DNA of 64,000 bases from Limnothrix sp. BL-A-16 (GTDB taxonomy: Bacteria; Cyanobacteriota; Cyanobacteriia; CACIAM-69d), in contig CP166615.1 of assembly GCA_041937175.2 (NCBI GenBank), positions 3,264,001 through 3,328,000 of the forward strand, read 5' to 3'. Each line of letters begins with the position of its first letter. Positions within the stretch are counted from its first letter, which is position 1. The position numbers and the translations under genes were made by a program. Shown here piece after piece: positions 17,513 to 28,335 of this stretch. Below the pieces are notes generated by a model. It was given only the letters and a program-made list of their open reading frames with translations. It made no database searches and had not been told where the DNA came from.

Positions 17513-18208
17513 ATGATTGCTGTAGACGTGAAACGATCTTTGTTTTCCACTGCTTCGGGTGCGGCCACCAAACCGACGGCGATCGAGCGCAAAATCAAGC
17601 GAGTTTGCCAAGATGTGCTGCGGATGGGAGCGCTGGTTGAGGATTCGTTTCGCCTCACTCAGCAAGCCCTGTTTGCCCGCGACCTATCCACGATCGAGCG
17701 GATTAATGCCCTCGAAGACCGCATCGATGCGTTCTATCGCCAAATTGAACTCGACTGCGTGGTCACCATGACCCTGAACGCTCCGGTGGCGGAAAATTGC
17801 CGCTGGCTGAGTGCCCTGATGCAGTTGGTGCGGGACTTGGAACGCATTGGCGATTATTCCCAGGATTTGGCGGACATTGCGGTGCGCCTGTTTCCCTATG
17901 GGCCCCATCCCCATTTGGAGGAGGTGGAAGCCATGGCTCGCCAAACCCTAACCATGTTGGGCATGAGTTTGGCGGCGTTGGTAGAACCAGATCCGGAGGC
18001 GGGGGCCCGGCTCCAGGCGGCGGACAATGTGGTGGATGAGGCTTACGATCGCCTCTATAGCCTGTTGGCCACGCAGCGGGATGTGCCGGGGCCGATCGAG
18101 CCGGTGTTGCTGATGGTGCTGACCATTCGCCACATTGAGCGCATGGCCGACCATGCCACCAACATCGCCCAACGGGCCTCCTATATCGTGACGGGTCACC
18201 GCCCCTAG
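17513..18208 (+). CDS. phoU: Phosphate signalling protein PhoU (SphU)
   Basis: Two PhoU repeats: RDLERIGDY and HIERMADHATNIA. Confidence 0.92.
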   Translation: MIAVDVKRSLFSTASGAATKPTAIERKIKRVCQDVLRMGALVEDSFRLTQQALFARDLSTIERINALEDRIDAFYRQIELDCVVTMTLNAPVAENCRWLSALMQLVRDLERIGDYSQDLADIAVRLFPYGPHPHLEEVEAMARQTLTMLGMSLAALVEPDPEAGARLQAADNVVDEAYDRLYSLLATQRDVPGPIEPVLLMVLTIRHIERMADHATNIAQRASYIVTGHRP

Positions 18209-18307
18209 CCATCCCCTGAGAGGATGCCTGATCAGCCAGAATGTCCACTCCGTAAGCCCCAGCGATCAACGAAGACAAGGGGCTTCAGGCCCTTGCCCCC
18301 ACGACCC

Positions 18308-19228
18308 CTAAGCCCCAAACAGCCAAAGCCAAAGGGGCAAGGTGAAGGGCAAGGCCAGGGTTCCCAGGGCCACACTGGACACGGCCAAGTCCCGATCGAG
18401 GTCGTAGGCTTCGGCAATGACCAAACAGGCAAAGGCCGGGGGCATGGCCATCTGCAACACCAAAACCAAGAGGGTTGGCCCCTGCCATCCCCAACCCCGC
18501 AGGGCCAACCCCACCACCAGGGGCACGATCGCCATTTTGATCACCAACAGGGCGATCGCCGGGGCCGTGGCATTGCCCCAACGCAACTGACTGAGCCGCA
18601 TTCCAATCAACACCAAGGCCAGGGCCACCACAGTCCAAGCAATGGCCGTCAGTCCCCGATCGATCACCTGGGGCAGGGCGATCGATCGCGACCCCAAGCC
18701 CGCCAGGGCCCCCCAGACCGTCGGATTCACCAACCCCGCCCGCACCATGCCCCAACCGTCGCTGGATTGTCCCCCCAGCCGGGCCGCCAGGGCCGAACCC
18801 ACCCCATAGGCCCCCAGGGTTGTGCCCGCCACATCAAAAAACAGGGCCCAGGCAAATTGCCCACTCCCCACCAGGGCCAGGGCGATCGGGAAGCCCAAAT
18901 AGCCCGTGTTGCCAAACATGCTCCCCAGCCAAAAGCTGGCTCGCCGTTGGGGAGCGGTCACCCCTTGCCAGTGCAACCATCCCCAAGCCAGGCAACCGGC
19001 CAGGGCGATCGCCCCCCAAGCCACCAAGGGAGCCAGCCAGGCTTGACCGCTCAGATCCGTTTGGCGCAAAAAGGCCACGCAGCTCAGGGGCACCCCTACC
19101 CAAAACAGCCCTTGCCCGATCGCCCCGGACACCCGCGCCGGTAACCAGCGGCCCAACAGCACCCCCAAGCCCACCCCACCGGCCAAGGTGGCGTATAACT
19201 TCCCCAACACAACTGCATCCAACGCCAT
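18308..19228 (-). CDS. AEC (auxin efflux carrier) family transporter
   Basis: Multi-TM; FGNTGYLGFPI and QMAMPPAF motifs. Confidence 0.85.
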   Translation of the reverse strand: MALDAVVLGKLYATLAGGVGLGVLLGRWLPARVSGAIGQGLFWVGVPLSCVAFLRQTDLSGQAWLAPLVAWGAIALAGCLAWGWLHWQGVTAPQRRASFWLGSMFGNTGYLGFPIALALVGSGQFAWALFFDVAGTTLGAYGVGSALAARLGGQSSDGWGMVRAGLVNPTVWGALAGLGSRSIALPQVIDRGLTAIAWTVVALALVLIGMRLSQLRWGNATAPAIALLVIKMAIVPLVVGLALRGWGWQGPTLLVLVLQMAMPPAFACLVIAEAYDLDRDLAVSSVALGTLALPFTLPLWLWLFGA

Positions 19229-19617
19229 TCCCTATCCCTGCCTTTGCCCAACAGTTCCCATTCAGCTCCAATCTCAGATCCAATCCCAGGTTCAATTCAG
19301 ATTTAGTTTCAGATCCAATGCAGATTCAATTCGATTGAGTTTCGAGCCAAGATTCCACAAAAACTCGCCCCCTTTCCATCAAACGCATCCCCACAGCCCC
19401 AAAACCGGCCGCAGTTTCCGCCAAAGACCTCAGTAATCCCGATTCGATCGGTCACATGCTCTCTTTCGCGAACCCCATGGCAAGCGCTACAGTGTCGAAA
19501 ACCAAATAAACCACGCCGGAATCCGGCAAGCCTCGCCCATTTCCCTTGGCTTGCTGATTCCACGATCGCACCGTTAAATAAAACGTGAAGCATTCCCGGG
19601 GAGAAGCCAGCTAAACC

Positions 19618-20778
19618 ATGAAAGCCATGATCCTTGCGGCAGGCAAAGGCACGCGTGTTCGGCCAATCACCTTCACCGTGCCCAAGCCGATGATCCCCAT
19701 CCTGCAAAAGCCAGTGATGGAATTCCTGATCGAGCTTTTGCGCCAACACGGCTTTGATCAAGTGGTGGTGAACGTCAGCCACCTGGCCAAGGAAATTGAA
19801 GACTATTTTCGTGACGGCCAACGGTTTGGGGTCGAAATTGCCTATTCCTTTGAAGGATTTGTCGAAGACGGCGAGCTGATTGGCAAAGCTCTCGGATCTG
19901 CGGGTGGCCTGCGCAAAATCCAAGACTTCTCCCCCTTCTTTGATGACACTTTTGTGGTGCTTTGCGGCGATGCGCTGATTGATTTGGACTTGACCGCCGC
20001 CGTCAAATTCCACAAGGCCAAAGGCTCCCTAGCCACGATCGTTATGAAATCCGTGCCCCGGGATGAGGTGTCTAGCTATGGGGTGGTGCTGACAGATCCG
20101 GACGGCCGGATCAAGGCATTCCAGGAAAAACCCGCCGTGGAAGAAGCCCTCAGCACCAGCATCAACACCGGGATTTATATCTTTGAGCCGGAAATTTTCA
20201 ACTACATTCCCCCGGGCTGTGAGTATGACATCGGGGGCGACCTGTTTCCCAAACTGGTGGAAATGGGTGCGCCGTTCTATGGCATCACCATGGATTTTCA
20301 GTGGGTTGATATTGGCAAAGTGCCGGACTACTGGCGGGCCATTCGCAGTGTGCTGTTAGGGGAAGTGCAAAACGTGGCCATTCCTGGACGACAGGTGCGC
20401 CCGGGGGTTTATACGGGGCTGAATGTGGCGGTCAACTGGGACAAGGTAGATATCCAAGGGCCGGTGTATATCGGGGGCATGAGCCGGATTGATGATGGGG
20501 CAAAGATTATTGGCCCCACGGCGATCGGGCAAAACTGCCACATTTGCAGCGGGGCCACGGTGGAAAACAGCGTGATTTTTGAATATTCCCGTTTGGGCCC
20601 GGGGGTGCGGCTGGTGGATAAGTTGGTGTTCGGTCGCTATTGTGTGGATAAGACGGGCGCGACGATCGATGTGCAGGCGGCGGCCCTCGATTGGCTGATT
20701 ACGGATGCCAGACAGGTGATGCCTGCTACACCCACGGAGGAAGGCCAGGCGATTGCGGAGTTGTTGCAGTTGGAGTGA
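19618..20778 (+). CDS. cugP: NDP-sugar pyrophosphorylase (cyanobacterial UDP-glucose pyrophosphorylase CugP family)
   Basis: MKAMILAAGKGTRVRPIT...PKPMIPILQKP; C-terminal left-handed beta-helix. Confidence 0.82.
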   Translation: MKAMILAAGKGTRVRPITFTVPKPMIPILQKPVMEFLIELLRQHGFDQVVVNVSHLAKEIEDYFRDGQRFGVEIAYSFEGFVEDGELIGKALGSAGGLRKIQDFSPFFDDTFVVLCGDALIDLDLTAAVKFHKAKGSLATIVMKSVPRDEVSSYGVVLTDPDGRIKAFQEKPAVEEALSTSINTGIYIFEPEIFNYIPPGCEYDIGGDLFPKLVEMGAPFYGITMDFQWVDIGKVPDYWRAIRSVLLGEVQNVAIPGRQVRPGVYTGLNVAVNWDKVDIQGPVYIGGMSRIDDGAKIIGPTAIGQNCHICSGATVENSVIFEYSRLGPGVRLVDKLVFGRYCVDKTGATIDVQAAALDWLITDARQVMPATPTEEGQAIAELLQLE

Positions 20779-20948
20779 GCCAGGCGATCGGGATCGAGGC
20801 CCGATCGAGCCAGCCCCCGAGGTCAACTTGGCTGCGGGAATTTCCCGATCGACAATCCAGGAAATTCCCATCAGGTCTGCAAAAGACCGTCTACCCTTTT
20901 GCAGGATTGTCAGTTAGCATTGGCGAGAAGTTTTAGACAGGCATCAGT

Positions 20949-21707
20949 ATGGCCGAGGGTCGAGTAGCGTTTTTAGCAGGCTGCGCCATTACGGGATCGC
21001 TGGCATTTGCGGTCGCGAAGGGATGGATTGCGGTGGGCGCGCCTCCGTCCTCGGTTCCCGGGCTGTCGGAAAATCCCAACGGGGTTCCCCTGCTCGAAGG
21101 GGGTGGCCAACTGCCCCCGGCCCCCACGGTGACCATGCTGCCCTCGCCGCCGCCCACTGCTGTGACCGCGCCCGCCGCCCGCCCCAGTGCCGCCGCGAAC
21201 GGTGCTGCTGATGCGGCGGCCACCCCTCCCACGGGCGACAGCACGATCGCCAAGTTGGAGGAACGGCTGCGGAAAAGCGAAGACCAACTGAAGGAAATTC
21301 AAGCGGACTTGCGAGAAGACCGCAAAGACCGGGAGCGCCTGACTGCGGCGGTGGATAAACTGAGCACCGCCGTACAGGGCCAGGAAAAGAACCTCACTTC
21401 CATGGCCTTGGATGACAAGTTGGCGCAAATTGCTGCTAACCGGGGCGAACAGCAGCCCCCGGGCCAATGGGGCAACGGCATCCTTTGGGCCCTGGGGGGC
21501 ATGGTGCTGACGGTTAGCAGCATTGTGATGGCGGGGGTGATTTCCACCATGGCCCGGCAAAACCGAGGGAGCTATGGCGCGCCGCCCCACAGCCCGCAAC
21601 CCTTCCACCCCATCCGAGTGGTTCCTACTTATTTACCTCGGGCCCGCCAGGATCAGGCGGTGCGCCGGGAACCGGGGACGGCGGACTTCGTGGAATACGA
21701 TTACTAG
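20949..21707 (+). CDS. PatN-like membrane protein (N-terminal hydrophobic segment, Pro-rich linker, coiled coil, C-terminal TM)
   Basis: AFLAGCAITG N-terminus; coiled coil; GILWALGGMVLT TM segment recalls the PatN family. Confidence 0.5.
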   Translation: MAEGRVAFLAGCAITGSLAFAVAKGWIAVGAPPSSVPGLSENPNGVPLLEGGGQLPPAPTVTMLPSPPPTAVTAPAARPSAAANGAADAAATPPTGDSTIAKLEERLRKSEDQLKEIQADLREDRKDRERLTAAVDKLSTAVQGQEKNLTSMALDDKLAQIAANRGEQQPPGQWGNGILWALGGMVLTVSSIVMAGVISTMARQNRGSYGAPPHSPQPFHPIRVVPTYLPRARQDQAVRREPGTADFVEYDY

Positions 21708-21832
21708 GGCTTTTCAGGCTCGTACTAGGCTATTGCTGGGACTGGGTGGCGACCCAAAAAGGGCGATCGGGAAATGGCGGTGAGTGGCCTGTGGGTGGCC
21801 GGTGATGGCGATGCGTTCCTGATCATGGGGCG

Positions 21833-23308
21833 ATGATGCACGATCGGGCGTTGAGTTTGGCTCGCCAAGGGGATTGGCCGGGAGCGATCGCCCTATGGCA
21901 ACAAATGGCGGCAGCGGCCCCCCATGATGGGGCCATTTGGAAGAATTTAGGGATTGCCTATTATCGATCGGGGCATTGGCTCCAGTCGATCGACTGCTAT
22001 CAACGGGCGATCGCCCTGCGGCCGGAGGATCCGGGTTTGCGAGTCAATCTGGGAGCGGCCCTCAAACAGGCCCAACAGCTCCCGGCGGCCGTGGCGGAAT
22101 ATGAACGGGCGATCGCCCTGGATCCTGATCATTGGGATGCCCATCGCAATTTGGCCAATGCCCTGGAAAAGCTGGGCGACCTGATTCCCGCCGAAGTTCA
22201 TATCCGGCAGGTGGTGGCAGCACTGCCCCAATGCGCCAAAGCCCGCCACAGCTTGGGCAATATCCTTTGGGAACAGGGTCGCTATGAAGACGCGATCGCC
22301 CAATATAACCAGGCCTTGGCGATCGAGCCGGATTTCCATGAGGCGATCGCCAATCGGGGTATGGTGCAAATGACCCTCGGCCAATGGGAACAGGGCCTAG
22401 CGGACTATGAGCACCGTTGGTTTTGTGTGGAAACGGCGCGGGGGCTGCCGCCGGTTCCCTTTCCCCAACCGGTTTGGACGGGAGCGCAACCGCTGGCGGG
22501 CAAAACCATTCTGCTCTACTCAGATATGGGCTTTGGGGATGCGCTGAACTTTGTGCGCTATGCTCCCCTGTTGGCGGCCCGGGGAGCGCGGGTGCTGCTG
22601 GAATGTCCAAGGCCCCTGGCTCGGCTGTTTGGCACGGTGGCGGGCGTGGCGCAGGTGGTGATCCGAGGGGAAGCGCCACCGCCGTTTGATTATTGGTCGC
22701 CGTTGATGAGTTTGCCGGCCGCCTTGGGAACCACGCCAGCCACCATTCCAGCGAATATTCCCTATTTTCAGCCCCTTCAATCGCTGCCGTTGTTTCCAGG
22801 GTTTCCACCGTCAGCTCAGGGGGCGATCGAGCCGGAACCTTTACCAATCGCCTCGCCAGCGGGTCAACGGTGGGGATTTGTTTGGGCTTCGGGCAAAACA
22901 GGAGCCACCGCCCGCAAGCGATCGACCGCTTTGGCCCAATGGGCGGCCCTGCTGCGATCGCCGGGCTATCAGTTTTGGAGTTTACAAACGGAAACCAGCC
23001 CCGAGGAGCGGGCCTGGCTCGCCGATCGGGGCATTCCCGCCTTGGGCGATCGGCTCACGGATTTTGCGGACACGGCCCAAGCGATCGCCCAACTGGATGG
23101 GGTGATCACCGTAGACACCGCCACAGCCCACCTGGCCGGGGCGATCGGCAAACCGGTTTGGATTCTGTTGCCGGCCGTGCCCGACTGGCGCTGGCTGCTG
23201 AACACCGATCGCACCCCCTGGTATCCCACAGCCAGACTCTTTCGCCAACCGAAGATTGGCGATTGGGCGGCGGTTTTTGCCCAAGTACAAAGGGCGCTGG
23301 CCCCATGA
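21833..23308 (+). CDS. TPR-repeat protein with C-terminal GT9-like glycosyltransferase domain
   Basis: About 5-6 TPRs; MGFGDALNFVRY, VITVDTATAHLAGAIGKP, DWRW, PWYPTARLFRQ. Confidence 0.88.
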   Translation: MMHDRALSLARQGDWPGAIALWQQMAAAAPHDGAIWKNLGIAYYRSGHWLQSIDCYQRAIALRPEDPGLRVNLGAALKQAQQLPAAVAEYERAIALDPDHWDAHRNLANALEKLGDLIPAEVHIRQVVAALPQCAKARHSLGNILWEQGRYEDAIAQYNQALAIEPDFHEAIANRGMVQMTLGQWEQGLADYEHRWFCVETARGLPPVPFPQPVWTGAQPLAGKTILLYSDMGFGDALNFVRYAPLLAARGARVLLECPRPLARLFGTVAGVAQVVIRGEAPPPFDYWSPLMSLPAALGTTPATIPANIPYFQPLQSLPLFPGFPPSAQGAIEPEPLPIASPAGQRWGFVWASGKTGATARKRSTALAQWAALLRSPGYQFWSLQTETSPEERAWLADRGIPALGDRLTDFADTAQAIAQLDGVITVDTATAHLAGAIGKPVWILLPAVPDWRWLLNTDRTPWYPTARLFRQPKIGDWAAVFAQVQRALAP

Positions 23309-23482
23309 CCAACGCCCCAAAAATAGTCGATTCGCGAGATATGGCCCCCGGCCAATTCCCCCCGCCAGACTAACGACTGACGAAGGAATCAAGCCGGGCG
23401 ATCGACTTGCCCTAGTAGCGCGGCTACCTTAATTCGCTTGGTCAAATTACATGACTGTTACTGTCACCTAATCGTTAAGCAG

Positions 23483-23567
23483 CAAGGGGCTTAAGCCCCT
23501 TGTTACAACGACTGGGACATGGAGAATCAATCGTTTCCGCCTGATCCTAGGAAATGACGACAGGCCT
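23483..23567. mobile_element. MITE partial copy C (central palindrome to right TIR)
   Basis: Perfect CAAGGGGCTTAAGCCCCTTG, then sequence matching copy A up to TGACGACAGGCCT. Confidence 0.7.
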
Positions 23568-23596
23568 TAAGCCTGTCAAGCTACTAGAGACCCGTT

Positions 23597-24736
23597 CTAG
23601 AAACCCATCGCCTGGGCCACTGCCTCCAATTCCGGTTCAATCCCTTGGTGGTACTGATTTTGGGAGGTTTTCAGGGCCGTATCCGGATCCTTCAAACCAT
23701 TCCCCGTCAGCACACAAACCACCGTGGCCCCGGCGGGCACTTGGTCGCGCACCTTCAGCAGCCCCGCCACGGAAGCCGCGCTAGCCGGTTCACAGAACAC
23801 GCCTTCTTCACCCGCGAGCAGTTGGTAGGCCTCCAGAATTTCTTCATCGGTGACCGCCTCAAAGCCGCCTTGGCTGGCATCCCGCACCGCCAGAGCCTTA
23901 TCCCAACTGGCGGGCTTGCCGATGCGAATGGCCGTCGCGATCGTGTGTGGATCCAAAACCGGACGACCTACCACCAACGGCGCAGACCCGGCCGCTTGGA
24001 AGCCCATCATCCGGGGCAACCGCTGGCACCGTTGCTCCTGGTGATATTCACAGAAGCCCATCCAATAGGCGGTGATGTTCCCGGCATTCCCCACGGGCAC
24101 GCAGAGCCAGTCCGGCGCATCGCCCAGGGCATCCACCACCTCAAAGGCGGCGGTTTTTTGCCCCTGAAGTCGATAGGGGTTCACGGAGTTCACCAGGGTG
24201 ATCGGATAGTCGTTGGCCATTTGGCGCACCAACTCCAACGCCCGATCGAAGTTGCCCCGAATCGCCAGCACCTCAGCGCCGTAGAGCAGGGCTTGGGCAA
24301 GCTTGCCCAGGGCCACATAGCCATCGGGAATCAAGACAAAAGCCTTGAGGCCACCCCGGCGGGCATAGGCAGCAGCAGCGGCGGAGGTGTTGCCGGTGCT
24401 GGCGCAAATCACCGCCTTGGCTCCGGCTTCCTTGGCTTTGGTCACGGCCATGGTCATCCCCCGGTCTTTGAAGCTGCCGGTGGGATTCAAACCGTCATAT
24501 TTCACGTAAACTTTCACGCCGCGCCCAATCCGATCGGCCACGGACGGGACGGGAATTAACGGTGTATTACCCTCGTGTAGGGTGACAACGGGCGTGGAGT
24601 CGGTAACGGGAAGATAGCGGCGATAGGTTTCGATCAGGCCGCGCCAGCCTCCCGGGGGCGCTGGAACCTGTGCCGTACTGGCCGTGCGAGGATCAACAAT
24701 TGGGGCGGATTCGACGACGGGTAAACGAGCGGTCAC
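23597..24736 (-). CDS. thrC: Threonine synthase
   Basis: [13 protein letters not shown] lysine motif, [24 protein letters not shown]; start uncertain. Confidence 0.95.
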   Translation of the reverse strand: MTARLPVVESAPIVDPRTASTAQVPAPPGGWRGLIETYRRYLPVTDSTPVVTLHEGNTPLIPVPSVADRIGRGVKVYVKYDGLNPTGSFKDRGMTMAVTKAKEAGAKAVICASTGNTSAAAAAYARRGGLKAFVLIPDGYVALGKLAQALLYGAEVLAIRGNFDRALELVRQMANDYPITLVNSVNPYRLQGQKTAAFEVVDALGDAPDWLCVPVGNAGNITAYWMGFCEYHQEQRCQRLPRMMGFQAAGSAPLVVGRPVLDPHTIATAIRIGKPASWDKALAVRDASQGGFEAVTDEEILEAYQLLAGEEGVFCEPASAASVAGLLKVRDQVPAGATVVCVLTGNGLKDPDTALKTSQNQYHQGIEPELEAVAQAMGF

Positions 24737-24904
24737 AGAGCGTCTACAACTCCAACGTGCTTGCAGATTACCCAAACAGTTTAACCTGACAGGCCCGAAC
24801 GCGGCGACGACGAACCTATCAAAAGCTGGGTGCTGAAAATTGAATCACGGCCGTTGAAATGATGCAAATGCTGATCGAAAGGGTGAGCCAAAGGTGAACA
24901 GAAT

Positions 24905-25597
24905 ATGACCTTTCAACTGACACAGGTAGTGCCTTGGGGGCGATCGTTTGAGGACTATCGGCAAATGTTTTCCCTCACGGAGGAGGATTTGGAGCGATCG
25001 ATCCTCGACTGTGCCGGTGGGCCGGCCAGCTTTAACGCGACGATGCATCGGTTGGGAAAACGGGTAATTTCCTGCGACCCGATTTATCAGTTTTCAGCGG
25101 CGGAAATTGCCCAACGGATTGCGGAAACCTGTCCCAAAATCGTGGCGGGATTGCACGAAAACCACGATTGGTTTGTGTGGTCTGCGGAATTGCCCACGCC
25201 GGAAGCGTTGGCGGACTATCGGTTGCAAGCAATGGGGGAATTTTTGGCGGATTTTCCTGCCGGATTGCCAGAACAGCGCTACCAACCATGCTGTTTGCCG
25301 GAGTTGCCCTTTGGGGATGGGGAGTTTGAGTTGGCGCTCTGCTCCCATTTGCTCTTTACCTATTCCGCTCAATTTTCCCTGGAATTTCATCAGCAATCGA
25401 TCGGGGAATTAGCCCGGGTGGCGCAGGAAGTGCGGGTGTTTCCGCTGCTGGAAAATTATCAGGTGACCCGATCGCCCCATGTGCAACCGACGATCGATCA
25501 CTTGGTCGATCGGGGTTTGCGGGTGGAAGTTTTGCCCACCACCTACGAATTTCAGCGGGGTGGCAATGAACTGCTGCGCATTTGGCGCGCACCCTAG
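24905..25597 (+). CDS. SAM-dependent methyltransferase-like protein
   Basis: ILDCAGGPASF motif I; LPELPFGDGEFELALCSH. Confidence 0.8.
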   Translation: MTFQLTQVVPWGRSFEDYRQMFSLTEEDLERSILDCAGGPASFNATMHRLGKRVISCDPIYQFSAAEIAQRIAETCPKIVAGLHENHDWFVWSAELPTPEALADYRLQAMGEFLADFPAGLPEQRYQPCCLPELPFGDGEFELALCSHLLFTYSAQFSLEFHQQSIGELARVAQEVRVFPLLENYQVTRSPHVQPTIDHLVDRGLRVEVLPTTYEFQRGGNELLRIWRAP

Positions 25598-25758
25598 CCA
25601 GAGCCAACTGGCAAAAAAACGCGCTTGATCGTCAGCGCCTGATCGCCAGTGCGATCGAGACTGGCGCGATCAAGGCCAGGGCCAGGAACCAAGCACCGGA
25701 CAAGTTCCCAAAAGCGTGCTATCGATCGGATGATGTGCCACTCCTTGCTTCGTTATCG

Positions 25759-26067
25759 ATGGTTACTGCTTTGGCGCTATTGATCCTGTTCTCGATCGCC
25801 CTGCTGCCACCGTTGCTGTCCCTGCGGGCCGTTCGCCGCTATGAAGCCCTGGTGCAAACCACGGTTGCCCGGGCCCGCCTGACGACCCGATCGCCCCGGT
25901 CGTCCTTCCCGGGGCCTCAGCCCCCGGAACTGACCCATATTCCAGGGGCGGGCTATGTCATCGGCAATCTGAGCTGTCGGTTCAATGCCCGATCGCCCCA
26001 GTTGCGCTGTGCCGTGAATCCCAGTGGCCCCTGTGCCGATTGCCATTGGTACGAAGCCACGCCTTAA
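25759..26067 (+). CDS. DUF6464-type small membrane protein with Cys4 motif
   Basis: N-terminal TM; IGNLSCRFNARSPQLRCAVNPSGPCADC. Confidence 0.75.
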   Translation: MVTALALLILFSIALLPPLLSLRAVRRYEALVQTTVARARLTTRSPRSSFPGPQPPELTHIPGAGYVIGNLSCRFNARSPQLRCAVNPSGPCADCHWYEATP

Positions 26068-26125
26068 CAGGTGGTTAATCAGTTAATCAACTCATTAGTT
26101 AATTAGTAGACTGTTGATTAACCCA

Positions 26126-27355
26126 TCAATCAAGGGCCGTTGGCGATTTACCCACGATCGCCCCCAGCGTTGCCACCAAAATATCGGGCGTTTGGCCGCT
26201 GGTGGCAAAGATACTCGCCTCGCCCTGCAATCGATAGGCGGGGTTAGTGGCCAGAATGCCTCGCCCCCCTTGGGCCACGAGGGCGGCTTGGGTGGCTCGG
26301 CCCATGAGGGCGATCGCCTGGGCCCGCAGTTGCAGTTTTCGGGCATAGGGTTTGTCGATCGGGCGGCCGTAGACCTGTTGCCGCAATTGGTCAAACTCCC
26401 GGCGCAGGGTGTCGTGGGCAACGGCGATCGTCAGCAGGCGTTTTTCCTGGAACAGCACCGTTAGCCGATCGAGGGCCGCTTGGGTGCAACCGAGGGCGAA
26501 GTAGACCCCTTGCAGAGCGTTCCGGCGATCGAGTTGCTGAATCCAGTCGATCGGCTTGAGGCCAATCACGGCCGCTTCGGGAATTAGCCAGCGATCAAAT
26601 GTGACTGCCGCCGTTTGGGTGGCGTTCATGGCTCCCAACACCATGGGCGGCTCCGGCTGAATGTTGCGATCGCCCGATTGCACCGCCGTCAACGGCACAA
26701 TGCCAAACAGCACCCCGGCCGCCGTTGGCACAGCTAACACCGCTTCGGGAAAGTGCCCCACCCCAGTCACCCAAGGAGCCGTGCCCGTAACTTCCCAGCC
26801 ACCGGCCACGGCGCGCCCCTCGATCGGGGGATCATCCGCCCGCCGCAGATGGGAAAAGGCGATGCCCAATTGTCGATCGCCCCGCGCGATCACCGGTAAA
26901 TATTGGGTTTTGAGGTCGTCATTGTCCCCGGAGGCAATCAGCGCCGCTGCGGTTTGGTGCTGGGCTTGCAAAAAGGCCAAAGCACCGGAACAGCGAGCCA
27001 GTTGCTCCCGAAACCAACCATATTCCTCTTCGTTCAGGGCTTTGCCGCCCCACTCGACGGGCACTTTCAGGGCTAACCAACCCTGTTGCCCCAGCCATTG
27101 AAGGGCCGCAGTCAGGGCTTCCGGCTGGCGATCGAGTGAATCCGCCTGGGGCCCCAGGGTGGTCAGCAATTGGGCCGCCGCCTGCTCCAACCAAGGAGGC
27201 AAATTGGGCCCGTCCGTCGCGGCCAGCGTCGGGGTCATCGGGTTGGTCTCTGTGTGGTTGGTCTCCGTGTGGTTAGCCTCTGCATGGTTGATTACTTCGC
27301 CGCTGGTGTCGTTAGGGCCGGTGTTGTTGGGGCTGATGTCTTGAGATGGCTCCAC
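26126..27355 (-). CDS. Acyl-CoA dehydrogenase family protein
   Basis: VPVEWGG, GIAFSHL, GTAPWVTG, AQGGRG motifs; low-complexity N-terminus (start may be 27238). Confidence 0.82.
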   Translation of the reverse strand: MEPSQDISPNNTGPNDTSGEVINHAEANHTETNHTETNPMTPTLAATDGPNLPPWLEQAAAQLLTTLGPQADSLDRQPEALTAALQWLGQQGWLALKVPVEWGGKALNEEEYGWFREQLARCSGALAFLQAQHQTAAALIASGDNDDLKTQYLPVIARGDRQLGIAFSHLRRADDPPIEGRAVAGGWEVTGTAPWVTGVGHFPEAVLAVPTAAGVLFGIVPLTAVQSGDRNIQPEPPMVLGAMNATQTAAVTFDRWLIPEAAVIGLKPIDWIQQLDRRNALQGVYFALGCTQAALDRLTVLFQEKRLLTIAVAHDTLRREFDQLRQQVYGRPIDKPYARKLQLRAQAIALMGRATQAALVAQGGRGILATNPAYRLQGEASIFATSGQTPDILVATLGAIVGKSPTALD

Positions 27356-27829
27356 CTTGGTCGATCGGGGATGAGTAGTGGTTTACGGCTATTGTGCTAC
27401 GGCCGGGAGTTTTCGCCCCCTGGCCAGCGGCGTTTGAGCAGCGTTGTCAACGAAATGTTAACTCTAAAGTTAAGGTTTCTTGCATGAACGAGGCCGCCCG
27501 AAACGCACCGTGATAACTTTCTTCTCGGTTAGCAAAGCGCCAACCGCCATCAATATCTCCCCACCCATTCGGAACCTTAATTTCGGTCAATTCGCTTGCT
27601 GAAATTAACTTCGGAAGATCAGTTCAAGATAATCGCAATTTAATCGCAGATTAATCATGAACGGTTCTCAAAACTGATGGGTAATGCCAGTTGATCGGTG
27701 AACTATTGATCGTAAATTAATGATCGAATTGGTTGACCGCATCAATTAGAAATTGGTGAGATTTTGAAGACAGTGGCTCCGCTTTCTAACCTGCTTGAAT
27801 CACGCCGTTTTACTTCTCTGGCAGTAGCG

Positions 27830-28021
27830 ATGTTGACCCACAAAAGCGATGCACCGGTTCGTGAAAGCTTCAGCGATTATGTAGCCGAATTGCAATTGCA
27901 CATGAGTTTGCAAGCGCGAAACCTGGTTCCTTCATCGGGCCAAGCGGAAGAAAACCGTGATCGCTTGCTGCGAGAAACCCAAGAAACCGTCGAGAAAATG
28001 CTATCGCGGCAATTGGGCTAA
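27830..28021 (+). CDS. Small conserved cyanobacterial hypothetical protein
   Basis: 63 aa; FSDYVAELQLHMSLQARNL motif. Confidence 0.7.
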   Translation: MLTHKSDAPVRESFSDYVAELQLHMSLQARNLVPSSGQAEENRDRLLRETQETVEKMLSRQLG

Positions 28022-28335
28022 GATGCTTTGGTCAAGACATCTTGATCAAGGGGCTTGGTGATTCGTCACCGACAAACCATAACAATCTGAATAAAAACGC
28101 TCTTCGGAGTGGTTTTTAAAGCGCAATCAAAACTCAGTTGTTTGTTTTTTCTTTCCTTTTAATTGCTTTTTCAATTCCTTTCTTGAATGCCCGATCGCGC
28201 CTTTTTTAGCGATCACCCTTTTAATTCCACAAACTACTGTATAACCAAAAGCACGCTCCGATTCTGGGGCGTGCTTTTGGTTTCTGGCCCCAGTGAACTT
28301 GGGGGTCAATTTTCCCGCCTGCCCGTTTTTGCATC

